Assembly (NCBI GenBank): GCA_951406725.2 | Contig: OX597823.1 | Coordinates: 82,708,001-82,772,000, forward strand | DNA from: Octopus vulgaris | Lineage: Eukaryota | Direction of reading: 5' to 3' | Length of the DNA stretch: 64,000 nucleotides | Part shown: in pieces, positions 1 to 13,817 of the stretch | How the letters are laid out: each line of letters starts with the position of its first letter | Numbering within the stretch: position 1 is the first letter of the stretch | Notes under the pieces: generated by a model | What the model was told of the DNA's origin: nothing | What the model saw: the letters and a program-made list of their open reading frames with translations, nothing else | The model's database searches: none | Program-made: the position numbers and the translations under genes

Positions 1-455
1 GAATAAAAAATAAAATTGCAAGAATGGCTTTATTTTCAAAGACAGGTCGTATAGCTAGCTATTCCAGGAATAAAAATATAAATAAAATGAATTAACCTTA
101 TCTCACATGTCGGAACAGGATATCAGGGTCTCTCCCACTATTTTGTATCCTCCCCACTCACTTCTCACTTCTCTCATTATCTTTTAAGGTCATTTGTCTA
201 GATCTATTTTATCCATTCTCTTAAAGATTATAGATTAAACATGATAACTTTGTCTTTTAGAAACTGTGCTGAAAATTATACCCTTTCCTCTAATATTTCT
301 CCTACTATAAATGCTCTCCTCTCCTCGAAATGTGTTTTCTTATATTAACTACTAAACTGAGCAAGCGAATTTATTCTTTTAACTATTACTAGTCAGGTGA
401 CTTTTGGAACGCTTCAAATGTGTTATTCGTGTATATTCTCCTGTGATTTTTTTTA

Positions 456-514
456 TCACATGATGTAGTATCTCTATTCATCAGCAGAAAATGCGTTGGA
501 AACAGCTGTAGTGA
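456..514 (+). ncRNA. Degenerate type I hammerhead motif
   Basis: TCAC-aTGATGt-(spacer)-GAAA-CAGCTGTA-GTGA. Stem I TCAC/GTGA and palindromic stem III ACAGCTGT are present; two core positions differ from CUGANGA. Confidence 0.4.
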
Positions 515-524
515 ATGAACCGTT

Positions 525-721
525 ATCCATCTGTTCGTACCGTTGGCGATTTTTTTCCCTTCGTCTTCCCTTCTTTGGATCTTTCCTTTTCCTTTGTTTC
601 TGACGAAGAGCTCCGCTCGAAACGTTAAACACTCCTTCTTTCCTGAGCGTCCAACAATACTATATTTGTTCCACGTCCTCGCGTTGTTGTGTTTTCTCTT
701 AGTGTTTTCATGTTTGGACTA

Positions 722-725
<4 letters not shown>
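525..725 (+). mobile_element. Short non-coding PLE-type element (family A) ending in (TA)n
   Basis: Clearly similar to 52805-53005 (+) and 18470-18700 (-). Carries a hammerhead and runs into a TA microsatellite. Confidence 0.65.
595..631 (+). ncRNA. Minimal type I hammerhead ribozyme
   Basis: TGTTT-CTGACGA-A-GAGC-TCC-GCTC-GAAA-CGTT-AAACA. Stem I TGTTT/AAACA, stem II GAGC/GCTC, palindromic AACGTT stem III, GUU site. Confidence 0.75.
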
Positions 726-779
<54 letters not shown>

Positions 780-1690
780 CATACACACACTTGCGTGCAT
801 GTGTTTATTTATATACAGAGATACATACTTCTTACATACAGGAAGAGGATAATTGATGCCCTTCGTTTTGTAAGTAATTTCCAAACTGGCAACTTGGATA
901 AGCTTGGATTATCAGAAAAAGAAATTAACTAACTAACCCGCGCATTACAAATACAGTCTGTAAGTGAAACAGTAAAAATATTCAAGATTTTTCTCAAGTT
1001 TAAAATGTGACATTGCTTTCGTTATCTGGAGATTCGTATCTTTGGTAGAAACTAGCTCCTTCCCCGAGGAAAAATTCAAATACTTTAATATTTGCAAGCA
1101 TACATGTATATAGGTATATGCGCTTATACCCGCAGTCATTTCATATATATATAAATATATATACCTGTGCATGCGTGTGTGTGTGTGCGTGTACGTTCAT
1201 ACACATATGAATACAGACGGACATACAAAAGTGTCAGTAAGTAAGGCAAATTATAATAGCGTTTTGGAAAACAAGAATGTTACAGTCAAACAACTTCACT
1301 GGAACTTTAAAAAGATATCTTCTACAGCGACGTTTCCAATCATTCTAGTAATGAGATAGAATAAAGAATCATAGACGTAATGATTTCGAAAGAAGTATAA
1401 TACTTGTGATTAGAAAAAAGAGACAATGGTAAATTGCATTCTATAATGGTATTCTTGGAAGCCTCGGGGTGCCTCGATTGAAATTTTAATTGGAAATAAC
1501 ATTCATGTCCGTAGAATAAAAAAATAGTGTGTGGGGGAGAATGAAGAGAGAGACAGAGACAGAGAGTGTGGGTGTGTGCGTAGACACAGTGAGAGAGAGA
1601 GAGAGAGAGAGAGTTATCGACAGATATATGGATGGATATGTGCACAAATCTCTCCATTCATACATACAAAACATCCATACATCTATCCTC

Positions 1691-1731
<41 letters not shown>

Positions 1732-1776
1732 TCTATCTATCTATCTGTCTGTCTGTCAATCTATCTACCTACATAT

Positions 1777-1858
<82 letters not shown>

Positions 1859-1925
1859 GTCTGTCTGTCTCTCTGTCTATGTGTCTATATGTCTGTTTAT
1901 CTGTTTATATCTATATGTATGTATA

Positions 1926-1975
<50 letters not shown>

Positions 1976-1977
1976 AG

Positions 1978-2105
1978 AATAAGTACTGGGCTTTAAAAAA
2001 GCCACTCCTGGGGTCGATTTGTTCGACTAAAAGCCTTCAAGGCGGTGCCCCAGCATGGCCGCAGTCAAATGACTGGAGCAAATACAAGATAAAAGATAAA
2101 GACAA
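1978..2105 (+). mobile_element. 3-prime part of a tRNA-derived SINE
   Basis: GGGGTCGATTTGTTCGACTAAA...GGCGGTGCCCCAGCATGGCCGCAG tail ending in AAGATAA repeats; related pieces at 39930-39990 (-) and 56470-56570. Confidence 0.6.
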
Positions 2106-2313
2106 ATAGATGCGTGTGTATCTATCCATGTATCTATCAATACACTCTCTTTCTCTCTCTCTCTCTCTCACACACACACTCACATGTATGTATATGCACG
2201 CACACAAACACACACACACGCACACACACAGACACACACATATACACATATACACACACACACACATACACACATATATATATAGCGAAGACATGACACG
2301 ATATAGGTAAAGA

Positions 2314-2344
2314 AATTTGAAAAGAAAATACGAAACCGGTTATT
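2314..2344 (+). ncRNA. Candidate minimal hammerhead with U3:A8 core
   Basis: AAT-TTGAAAA-G-AAAATA-C-GAAA-CCGGTT-ATT. Palindromic ACCGGT stem III; stem II is only 1 bp, so this is weak. Confidence 0.35.
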
Positions 2345-2506
2345 CCTCCAAAAACTAAGTTACTATACGCAAAATCTTATATCATTTTTCTAACATAACG
2401 ATTTAAATATATTCTTTAACCATGTAACACAAGCCTTCTGTAGTTTTTTCACTCTTTTTTGTCTTTTATACATCCAACCACGTGCTTTCACATAGCAACT
2501 CTCTCA

Positions 2507-2574
<68 letters not shown>

Positions 2575-2799
2575 TAATAAAATATTAGGGAATAAATCCA
2601 AACTCACAGGGAAAAATCAGATTTAGGATTGAATCCAATTTTATAGTAAAATATTATATTATATTAAATTAGAGATAAAACCACTATTAGGAAAATCAAA
2701 CAATGAAAAACTTAAGCCAATACATAAAATTAATTAATTTATATTATTTTAAATATATATCAAAATTATTAAAAGTTTAATAAAAGATAATGAGTAAAA

Positions 2800-2868
2800 C
2801 ACTACGATCGTTTCATGGCTGTCCAATTCGTAATAATTCGAGTTATGGTTACTGTCAATCTTCAGGTG
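2800..2868 (-). ncRNA. Type I hammerhead ribozyme in a TA-flanked element (about 2570-2910)
   Basis: Minus strand CAC-CTGAAGA-(long imperfect stem II)-GAAA-CGATCGTA-GTG. Stem I CAC/GTG, palindromic ACGATCGT, GUA site. Confidence 0.6.
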
Positions 2869-2921
2869 ATTGAAATATTTATCTTAGCGAGGTTTAGCAA
2901 TGAACATATATACATATATAG

Positions 2922-2968
<47 letters not shown>

Positions 2969-3029
2969 CATATATAGATACATATATATATATATAGATA
3001 CATATATATATATATAGATACATATATAT

Positions 3030-3240
3030 AAGTTCTGAGGAACTTGGACAAAGTAGATGTAGCGGTTTTTAAATCAGAGCTGGACCACTTCCTGTCGAAA
3101 GTCCCAGATGAACCTACCTCACGGCAAGAGGTGCAAATGAGGGTAGCTATATCAAACTCCATTCTTCACCAAGTGAATAACAGTGTAACACAAAACGGCG
3201 GTGCATCAGCATAGCCGCAGCTCTGAGCTGAAACTAATAA
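3030..3240 (+). mobile_element. 3-prime end of a CR1/L2-type LINE
   Basis: Translates [28 protein letters not shown] (FKxxLDxFL C-terminal motif), followed by a GGCGGTGCATCAGCATAGCCGCAG tail. Confidence 0.6.
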
Positions 3241-3325
3241 ATATATATATACTTTGATACTTTGATACTTAGATAGGTTTCGGCCATTATTGGCCCAGGC
3301 CATGTCTAACTTAATAGCACCACCT

Positions 3326-3363
<38 letters not shown>

Positions 3364-3364
3364 C

Positions 3365-3431
<67 letters not shown>

Positions 3432-4446
3432 CCTATGTGTGTTTGCTCGCGTGAGCATGTGTGTTTACGTGTGTGTAGGAGATAGCAGAGTGTAGATAGC
3501 AATTACAAACATCTGATAAATAAATCAAGAAAATTGACAGAAGACATTAAACAAAGCTGTCCACCTGCAGTGTCTACACTGCCTCTGTTAAAATGGCTGA
3601 CATATTACAAACTAATCCGTAGAAATATTTTCAATTGTTGTAAACCAGTTAGCGAGACTAGAAAATTAGTGAAGCATCAGATAAATTATCGCCTGGCAAT
3701 GAATGAAATCTTTATTGTTTGGTGTTAACGTTGGTGGTAATGAAAGTAATGTTTGTGTAGCTTTGAAGACTTTGATTATAATGATAGTTGTTATGTAGTT
3801 CGCGATAGTATTAGTGTTGGTGTGGTTGTTAGTTGTAGTGATTCCATTGTCGATTGGTTGCAATGTTGACAGCAGGAGATATGTGGATGGCTTCAGGTCT
3901 TAATGTGTGGTATTTTTCTTGATATTGCTGTGTATTTATTTTCTAAAGCAATTTGACAGCCTTGATGAAACAAATCTATGATTAAATGTTGACCAAGTCA
4001 TCACAATCGGGTGTCAACAAAATACATGATAAAATAAGCAAATTCTTCCTACACCGAACCACACATGTACACACATACACACGCGCGGAGACACTAACAT
4101 GCATGAGTGCATGCGCGCGCGAGCGTGCATTGTATGTTTATATATGCTGAAAGGACGGGATTCTAAGTTGATGTGTTTTTCATACCAAATCATTGAAAAT
4201 TAAAATTATAAACTGTCTAATAATTACTTTAGTACAATTACTTGCAAGTGAAAAGGAGGCACATGTGGTTTATAGATGAGAAATTAAGTCAATCTGTCTG
4301 GTGCTTTTAAAGGGAAAAGTTGACCTGGAAAATATCAAATGTCACATTGATTTACTCACAAGGTTACCAACCCTGCTAATTCAAAATATGCTTAATAGAA
4401 AGCTAAAGACTTGAAAGCGTAAAAGAGTGGTAAAAGTAAACAGATG

Positions 4447-5810
4447 TACTTCTTTATTGGTCACACAGGGCTGAACGCAGAGAGGACAAAATACAAAGTA
4501 GAGCTTTTCTTTTTAGGAAGAAGAGTAGAAAAACAAAAAAAGTAGGTCGAATTTCGATCAAAAAGGATATATATTTATATATATTTATATTTTATCAAGT
4601 TTCAGCTCACGAGCTGTGGCCATGCTGTGGCACCGCCATTCGTGAAAAAAAAAAGGCCGATCAATAGGGATCGTGTATCACAGAAATGTCAATGTATAAG
4701 GGAAAAACAGATTATATCTGTGGAAAGAAAAGTCTACGGAAAAGACCAAAGTAACCTTGGGCAATAGAGTCATGCAAAAAAACACATTACAGTAAGTGAC
4801 TCTCTTTTTTCCTTTCTCTTTTTGGTTCATAGGATTATGCTCAAGCTGTCTCCGTCTTTCACTCGTGCCGTCCTTGCTGCATTCACCAATTTTTAAAATT
4901 TTTTTGAAACATTCACTAGACAAAATTTCCCTCTCTACTTTCACCTTCCTCTTCAAGTGATACTTGAAGAAGTTGATGGGAGATTGACCAGAGAGGAAAG
5001 TGTTTGTCTCCAATCCTTCCAGACGCATCCACCATACACATTCTTTCGCCATCGCCACAAGAACGATGAAAATGGCTCTTCCTTCCCGTTTCAAGGAAGG
5101 AGGGGCGACAATATTCACGATAGACTCGGTTGATAAACTGACTCGTTCCATACGCGATAGCAGTCGTTCGACATAGGCCTAAGGTCGAAAATGGTTGGAT
5201 ACTGTACGAGTGCGTGCAGGACGGTCTCGTCGCTCTGACCGCATCTCGGGCAGGTCGGCTTCGTGTTTTTCGAGGCATGCCTGTTAAGCCTATCTCGAAC
5301 AAGTAGCGCTTCTCGATAGCACTGCCAGGCCAGGGATCTCTGGAAGTTGTTCAAAGGTTCCGGCCCGAATGTCGTCTTGAACAGGCGGGTCGGGTATTTC
5401 TCGCCGACGCCCAGGTTCGCCCCGAGATCGTAGTCGTGCCTCCCTCCACTAATCCCCTATAGAATGCTTTGGTTGTGCTGAAGTTGTTCAAGGTCGACCC
5501 GGGACGGCATAGTTGCTTGACAGCAACGCGACACTCGCGGTACCATTCGCCTTCCCTGGCTTCTTTTTGATCCACGACTGCAGTTCGGCCATGGAGACGA
5601 GCTGCGGGAAAGCGCGACTCACAAACGGCGACAACACCTGTTCACCGTTGTCTAAGTAGAGCCGGAGATATCGCAGTTTGAGCGCGTGTCTGCGCATCAT
5701 CAACCACAGCATGCCCAGCCCTCCTTTTAACGGGTGTTGGCAGCAAACGAATCGCCTGACCATCGGAACGCATCCTTTCCAATAAGAAGCGGAAGAGAAT
5801 GTGCTTTAGT
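4447..5810 (-). mobile_element. 5-prime truncated, degraded L1/Tx1-clade LINE (ORF2 C-terminus and 3-prime UTR)
   Basis: Frameshifted pieces LKHILFRFL, HPLKGGLGM, and zinc-knuckle CPRCGQSDETVLHAL; AATAAA-like end near 4450. Confidence 0.8.
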
Positions 5811-5932
5811 GATGCTGCTGTTGATTCACTCAAGGACGTCCAGGGTTGCATCAAAACTAAAAAAGAAACCGCCAAATTGACTGACATAAAGTCACTGAAA
5901 GACACGATCTAGCCTCTTGCTCATTAGGAGCT

Positions 5933-5992
<60 letters not shown>

Positions 5993-7228
5993 GTACGGAT
6001 ACTTCGTTGGCCTCTACTACTCCCATTTTATCAGGTTCGTACCACCTTCACTCGAATGATGCTTATGGTTCTATGAGAAACGTTTGTTAAATATGTTTAC
6101 TGTAAATGCAGCGAAGACATGGCTCTATTGCATGGATTCTCATAGTTGGCAACTAAGTGTTATTCTACTTGACATCTGCGACCCTCAGCTAGACAAAGTT
6201 TGGCAAGAAGAAGAGGCATTTTACATTTATTCACGGAAAGTGCTAACTTAATAACCAGGATATATCTAGTGTTATTTATTCAGTCCAGTAACTTCTTCCT
6301 CAACAGCCAACAATATTATTTCTAATAAAATAGATAAAACAAACATAGAAACATAAAAATTTCAATAGCGATATCTTACTTTTATATATTTGTCTTTGTC
6401 GAAATCTAGTGTATCATTCATTGTATTACTTTGAAAGAAATGCTACCATTCCTACACTTGTTTCTCTTACAAAACGTTATTACGGTTATTTTCATACACA
6501 ACACATTGTGTGCCAAGCTATTTTTAATGTCTTTGAGATGTTTCAGTAGTGTTGGCACCCATACACCTAATTTATTCCAGACAATCTATGCTGCATATAT
6601 CTAAGATATATTCATGCTGCACAATTTCGCATTGGACACGTAGCAGGTCAAACCAACATCTCACTAGGTAATAATAAGATGCTAACCATGATGCACAGGC
6701 GTATGAATCGGTAGAATTTTGTCTATATTCTATGAGTTGAAAAAGAATATTTTTGTATTCATGATTCAAAATTGTAATTGCTTTATCAAGATGGCGCCGT
6801 AAATATTCAAAATTCATTTTTCTACTGTTACACTGTTCTAAGACAATAGGACACTGTGAACTTTTGCATATTTGTCGGCATTCATACTAGTCGGAATGGA
6901 CTAAATTTAAATCTGAACATATATGAAAATAGGCTGTAATAAATTAGAAATAATCAATGAACGAGAATAGTCGCAATCATAATGGTTGGGTAAGCAGTTT
7001 GTTTGTGAGAAACAAGCCCATCTCAATGGCCATTTTGTGTCAGCTGATGTTTAAAAACATTGTACGAAATATGAGATTCTACACACACACACGCACACAC
7101 ACATATATAGACAATCAGACAAATAGACACACCCTCACATATACACACTGAGAGCAGAGAAAGATAGAAATACAGATAGATTAACAGGTAGGTAAAGTCA
7201 TATATATATATATATATATATATATGAT

Positions 7229-7269
<41 letters not shown>

Positions 7270-7744
7270 AGTGTGTCTTGATATTCTGTTATTTATATAT
7301 TTTCCACACATAGAGCTGTATATATTCCTATGCCAGATATATCCGCTCGTCTTCCCTTTGAATATTTCCTATATAATCAACATTTTCATACATATTCGCA
7401 ATCAGCAAGGGTTTCTAAAATAATATTCTTTCATAGTAGAATATTAATATTTTCACACCTTTCCGTATAATTAACATAAGCGTCTCACTGCTGAGTTAAT
7501 TTTGTTTACAGCTGATATATTTATTCTTAAAATATACAAAAACGAAAGGAAAAGCACATAGATCTTTCAAAGCATCTGAAAATGTAATTTAAGATCACAT
7601 GTATATATGTATAAGGTCACATTTCTACGATCATAACCAAAAACTATGTGTCATGTCCTCCTAGGTATCCAATTCTATGGATGAAACAAGTGGACAGTTA
7701 TTAAGTCATAGGGTTAATTCATTCATGAGATTCATTGCGGGCTA

Positions 7745-8110
7745 AGGCCACAAGCTGGCAGAATCGTTAGCACGTCGGGCAGAATACTTACCAAGATTTC
7801 GTCCGTCTTTACGTTCTGGGTTCAAATATCGCCGAGGTCGACTTCACCTTTTGTCCCTCCGGTGTCGATAGAACAAGTACTTGTTGACCACTGCGGTCGA
7901 TATAATCAACTTAATCCTTCGCCGTTATTGCTGATCTCTTGCTGAAGTTTGAAACTGACTGATATTAATTGTGGGTTAAGGCGGCGAGCTGGAAGAATTG
8001 TTACCGCGCCGGAAAAAACACTTTGCAACATTCATAACGACTGTACGGTCTAATTTCAAATGCCGGCGGGATCGGTTTTGCCTTTAATCCTTTAGGAAAC
8101 GATAAAAACA
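7745..8110 (+). mobile_element. Two old Nin/Deu-domain tRNA-derived SINEs
   Basis: AGCTGGCAGAATCGTTAG A-box, GTTCAAAT B-box and GCCGAGGTCGACTT...GTCGATA body. Confidence 0.7.
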
Positions 8111-8739
8111 AAAAGAAAGGAGCCGAAATTGGGTTATTTCCAGTGGTCTTTGGTTATTAAAGATTGCTGTAAGTTTAGTCCCTTCCCAAACTCTTGGTGC
8201 CGGCGTGGCATCTTGGTCAAGTATCATCTACTGTATCTTCAAGTCGACCAAATATTCGTGGCTGAATTGGGTAGACAGAAACTGTAAGAAGCCCGTTAAA
8301 TGTGTCTCTGTGTCATTGTTTGTCTCCTACCACTGCTTGACAACCGGTGTCGGTATGTTTACGTTCCATCCCGTTTTTTTTTATTCCACTTATAAAATTT
8401 GTATGAACGGCTGAATACTTAATACATTATGTAATCATTATTTTGACAGTCGACTTTGTATTTATGCATTTTCAACGGTTATTAAATAATTATTATATAT
8501 TTATTCTTACACTGGCACAAGTGGATAAAGTACTAGGGATTCCAATGCCTGATTTCATAAGAATATTATGGGAAATGATTTTGAAATGAGATTCGGTAAA
8601 ATTATAATGAAAAAATATATGTATTCCTACTTGAATGAGATACAGGAAATAAAGAAATAAAAAATCCAGGCGTTTGCTTTTCATACGTATGTTGTTCTTA
8701 TATATGAATGCACATAAAAATACACACGCCCATTCATAA

Positions 8740-8830
<91 letters not shown>

Positions 8831-8833
8831 ATA

Positions 8834-8876
<43 letters not shown>

Positions 8877-9004
8877 ACATTGTGGTCATCCCTCTTCTAT
8901 GTATGTAATATAATTTTCTGAACCTTCAGATTATAATATGGTAGACCATTGGTTTTAAATTGATATTAATCAAATTAATATTCAATCTTTCACCCTCATT
9001 TTAA

Positions 9005-9046
<42 letters not shown>

Positions 9047-9213
9047 GTCAAAAGTTGAGTGCTCAACACCGCATTGGTGGATATAATTTCTGTATTTGCG
9101 AATTAAGGCTATCATTGGTTTCATATTATGAAAAGTAGGAAAATATCGTAGTGTCTGAACAAATTTTGAAACCGATGACATAGAGAAAGGCGTTCGTCCC
9201 CAAAAGAAAACGA

Positions 9214-9272
<59 letters not shown>

Positions 9273-9716
9273 ACACATAGAAACATATATATATATATAA
9301 AGATACACACACACAAACACATACACACACGCACACTCGCACAATGTATTATCTTCGTTGAATTTGGTTCCTTCGAATTGGATTCCTTTCAAATTTCATA
9401 CATAACAGACAGAAAGAGATTTATACTCTTTTATTTATTATTTGCCACTACAATATCGATTCAGCGAACACGTTGTTGAAACAATCGAAATGACACGTTT
9501 TCAGAAAGCGTATGTGTGCATGTATATGTGTGTATATGTGTGCATATGTATGCATGTATATGTGTGTATATGTGTGCATATGTATATAGTTAAAAGATAT
9601 AGATGTGCAAATGTTTATATACATATATCTATCTATTTTTATATATATTTACACACACATGCATACACAAACACATAAATACATACGGGAAAATATCCCA
9701 TTATATATATATTCAT

Positions 9717-9772
<56 letters not shown>

Positions 9773-10093
9773 CATACAGAGATAGATAGATAGAGACAGA
9801 GAGAGAGAAAACGTGAAAGAGAGAGAATGATAGCAGAGCAAAGCTGGTTTCAAAGAATTTATACGGACTAATAGATAACAAGAAAAATTGAAGACATAAT
9901 AAAAAGGAACCATTTGCAAGGATAAAACTTTAAACTGACTGATCGGAAATAAAAACGGAAATGATTAAACTTCTTACAGAAATATGAATAAAAATTGGCA
10001 TGCTGTAGTCTTTTGCTTGGAAGTTTTTTCGAGATATTCAAAAATATTCAGCTTTATTTCCTTTGCAAAATGTCAAAAGTCACATTACAATGA

Positions 10094-10220
<127 letters not shown>

Positions 10221-10902
10221 TTTTCTCATTTTCTTATTTTTATTATTTTAGAAACGATACAATCCTTGCTTTGTACTGTTTCTCTTTAACCCAAGAAAAG
10301 ATTTTAGGAAGTACACGAAACTAATAAATTATTTATTAAGAAATCTAACATGTTTTTTTTTAATAAATTGAGAGTTTATGATAAAAATGTGATCTTTGTA
10401 CTTAAAAACTAAGAAACATTGAAGAATTCTTCATCCGTTAGTTCCAACAGAAGTCTAAATTAGAAGTGATTTGGAGAAATTCCAAAAAGTTAAAAAGCAA
10501 AAAAAAAAAAAGGAGGTAAATTTTATAAAGAAAACGTGATGCTACGAGTCTGCAGGAGGACGTGTATGTCGTCAGTCTGATTTGCTAGAAATAGTAGCCA
10601 CACTGACACACATATGCAATATTCCTTGCTGATTTGAAAGGACAGATTCAATGATATATTGTTTCAAACATTATGTCTCAAAAAGGTGTACAGCTTAGTT
10701 AGAACGGCTTTGATTATGGGTCTATAAAATCACGGTCCTGAAGTTGGGGTAAACCGAAAAGAGAGCAGCTATAACCGACTAATTCAAAGTAGTGCCGCTG
10801 CTACTGCTACTACCACTTCTAATAATCCCTTCTACTATAAGCACAAGGTCTGAAACTTTGGGGTGGGGCTAGTCGACCCCAGAGCAAAAGTGGTTCCTAT
10901 TA

Positions 10903-10952
<50 letters not shown>

Positions 10953-11990
10953 GAAAGTGTTAACAGACATCCTCACAGGGAAAATATATACGTTCCTTGT
11001 GGAAAGCAATGTACTTCCAGTAGAACAAGGGAGATGACGACAAGGATCCAAGGGTACCAAGGACCACCTTGTGATAGACAAGGTTATAATGAAGAATTGC
11101 AAACGGTACCAAAATGTGTTATGCATGGCTTGGATAGACTTTAAAACATCTTACGTCATGTTAGCGCATTCGTGGATTTTGGAAACACTTGACATATGGG
11201 GAATAACTGAGACGTAAGTGTACTGATTAAGAATAGTATGCCAAGTTGGAAAACACGTCTTTACTGTAACAACCAGTACTTAGCTGAAGTAACAATCAAA
11301 AGAGATGTCTTCTAGGGAGACTATTGTTCACTTTTGCTATTTGTTACAGCCTTGATCCTACTTTCTGCAGTCTAACGCAAAGTCAACGAGCACTGTGAGC
11401 TGATAAGAGGATGGACCTCCTTTCAACCACTTTCTCTTCATGGATGATTTAAAATTTTTCGCAAAAACAGAGCCTGAAATAGAGAGACTGGTTGAGACTA
11501 TGCAGATGTGCATCAAAGATATAGGGATGGAATTTGGTATCTCGAAGTTTGCGGTGCTTACTTTGAAGCGGGGGAAAATGGTAAATTGTAGGGGCATAGA
11601 ATTGCCAAAGGAAGAGAGAATGGAAGACCTGGTCGATGATGGGTACAAGTACCTTGGGATCTTGTAGCTGGATAAAGCTTTCACAGAAAAATGAAAGACA
11701 AGTTCATCACTGCATATTTGAAGCGGCTCAAAATTTTCTTGAAACCGAAACTCAACTCAAGTAACCTTGTGACTGCCAACAACATATGGGCAGTGCACCC
11801 ATCCTGAAATGGACACAAGCGAAGATTAACCAACTCGATCGCACTACCTGAAAGAAAATGACAATACATGATGCACTCCACCCTAAGGCGAACTTACACA
11901 GGCTCTAAATGAAGAGGTGTAAAGGTGAACGTGGGCTGATTGGCATACGGGAGTGCATGAACAGTGAGAGAAGAAACATGGCAGAATATT
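10953..11990 (+). mobile_element. Degraded R4/Dong-clade non-LTR retrotransposon RT fragment
   Basis: AWIDFK...HSWILE, F*GD...LLFV, FMDDLKFFAK, DIGMEFGISK, YKYLGIL motifs; begins at an (ATT)n tract. Confidence 0.8.
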
Positions 11991-12195
11991 TGGTGGTAAA
12001 ATATTTCTAAAAAATATTTTACTACACTGAAATTTATTAATAACAATTATTTTGGCTAATTTTGAAAGAAAATCGCATTATTTCTCTTTGCTGCCGATAA
12101 AAAACTGCGCTTGCGCGGTGGATTTGAAAAAATATAACATGTAAGCACGAAGCATGTTCTGTATTGCCTCGGACTTATATGTTAATCTTTGGCTT

Positions 12196-12266
12196 TCCTG
12201 CTGATGAGAGCTTCGCCTAGCAACTTACTTTATTTGCTGAAGATAGCTCGAAACCATCGTCAAGGA
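12196..12266 (+). ncRNA. Type I hammerhead ribozyme with extended stem II
   Basis: TCCTG-CTGATGA-GAGCT...AGCAA...TTGCT...AGCTC-GAAA-C-CATC-GTC-AAGGA. Canonical core and GUC site; one mismatch at the base of stem I. Confidence 0.75.
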
Positions 12267-12773
12267 TATAGATGGTAAATGTTTATATTTTTCATTCCCT
12301 TTCGAAATTACCCCCAATTGTGGTTTTGGATTTTAACTACTCCTTCTAGAGGTTAAGATGTCTCTTATGTGTTTAAATGTACACTGCATATATACTGAAT
12401 AATATATAGTATATTGACTAGTTTTTCTACACGCTAGGCCACGTTGTTAAAACATTTCTAAAATAATATTTTACTACCCGGAAATTTATATATATATATA
12501 TTCTTTATATTGTATATCTCGTTTTTCTGTTTGTTTTTTCGTTGTTCGAAAATCAGATAGTTTCTATGTTTTTATTTTAATGTTTTCGTTTCCCATTGTG
12601 TTCAACGTTTTTTTGATGTCCTGTACCCATATATGCATGTATATATGCATATATATGTACTTATGTACATATATGTGAGTATATATGGCTATATTTATAA
12701 ATTATTTATATTATTATTTGATCGAACGCCACGCATCCTTTTCCAGGTAAGGTTTATCTCTCTCTGTCTCTCA

Positions 12774-12827
<54 letters not shown>

Positions 12828-13403
12828 ACAGAGAGACAGAGATACACAGACAGAAGATGACAGTTACACGCTTCTTTTTTTTTTGGTAGCCGGTATCATT
12901 TCTTATCTCTTTTTGTCCGTTCTTTTTCCTCTTCCTTAGACTTCTGTCTGTATATCCAACGAAAGACCATGTCCTAGACGTTATGCTTTTACTCTCTAAG
13001 TGTTTTTCCTCTTTGAGCGGCCACCTAATAATATGAACCGTGTAGTTCCTTTGAACTTTTTTTGCTTTCTATATTTGACTAAATTTTTACGTTGATTTGC
13101 TATATATATATATATCCTATAAATTTTAAATAGATTATCAACTCAGAGTGAGACTGATTAAGCATTAAGATATAAATGGAACTCAAAGAAACTTAAATCG
13201 TTTGTACAAAAATTATAAATCGTGCGACTTAACGCTATCTTAAAAGTGAAGTGTAAACGAATTGAAGTGTGAAGCCGATAATTTCTTAGGATAAACGGAA
13301 CAGCAACAGCAATAAAAGAATAAAAGAATAAAAATCTACTGGTGAAGATATATCAGAAGGCGCTATTACCAATCTATGCATATATATTTATATGTGCGCG
13401 CTT

Positions 13404-13475
<72 letters not shown>

Positions 13476-13769
13476 GTATGTGCGTATGTATGTATGTATA
13501 TATGGATGTGTGTGTTTGTGTGTATATATTATATATATATATATGTATGAAATATTATATATATATTTATATATATATATATATACATACATGGATGCGT
13601 GTATATATGTGTGGTGTGTGTGTATGTCTGAGATCTTTGTTTTGAATCAGCAGAAGCTACAAAGGAATTGAAAACCTCTGATTCTACTGTCTGATAACCA
13701 TAAACGCTATGCATGAAGCTCTTGGCTCCTGAGACAATTTGTAACATCTGAAGATTAAAAATAAACAAT

Positions 13770-13817
<48 letters not shown>

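Noticed and set aside
9152-9181. GTGT-CTGAACA-AATTTT-GAAA-CCGATG-ACAT hammerhead look-alike
   Set aside because: G8 missing, no stable stem II, and G at the cleavage position.
13688-13737. CTGATAA...GAAG motif in a TA-flanked element
   Set aside because: Core and stems too divergent to call.
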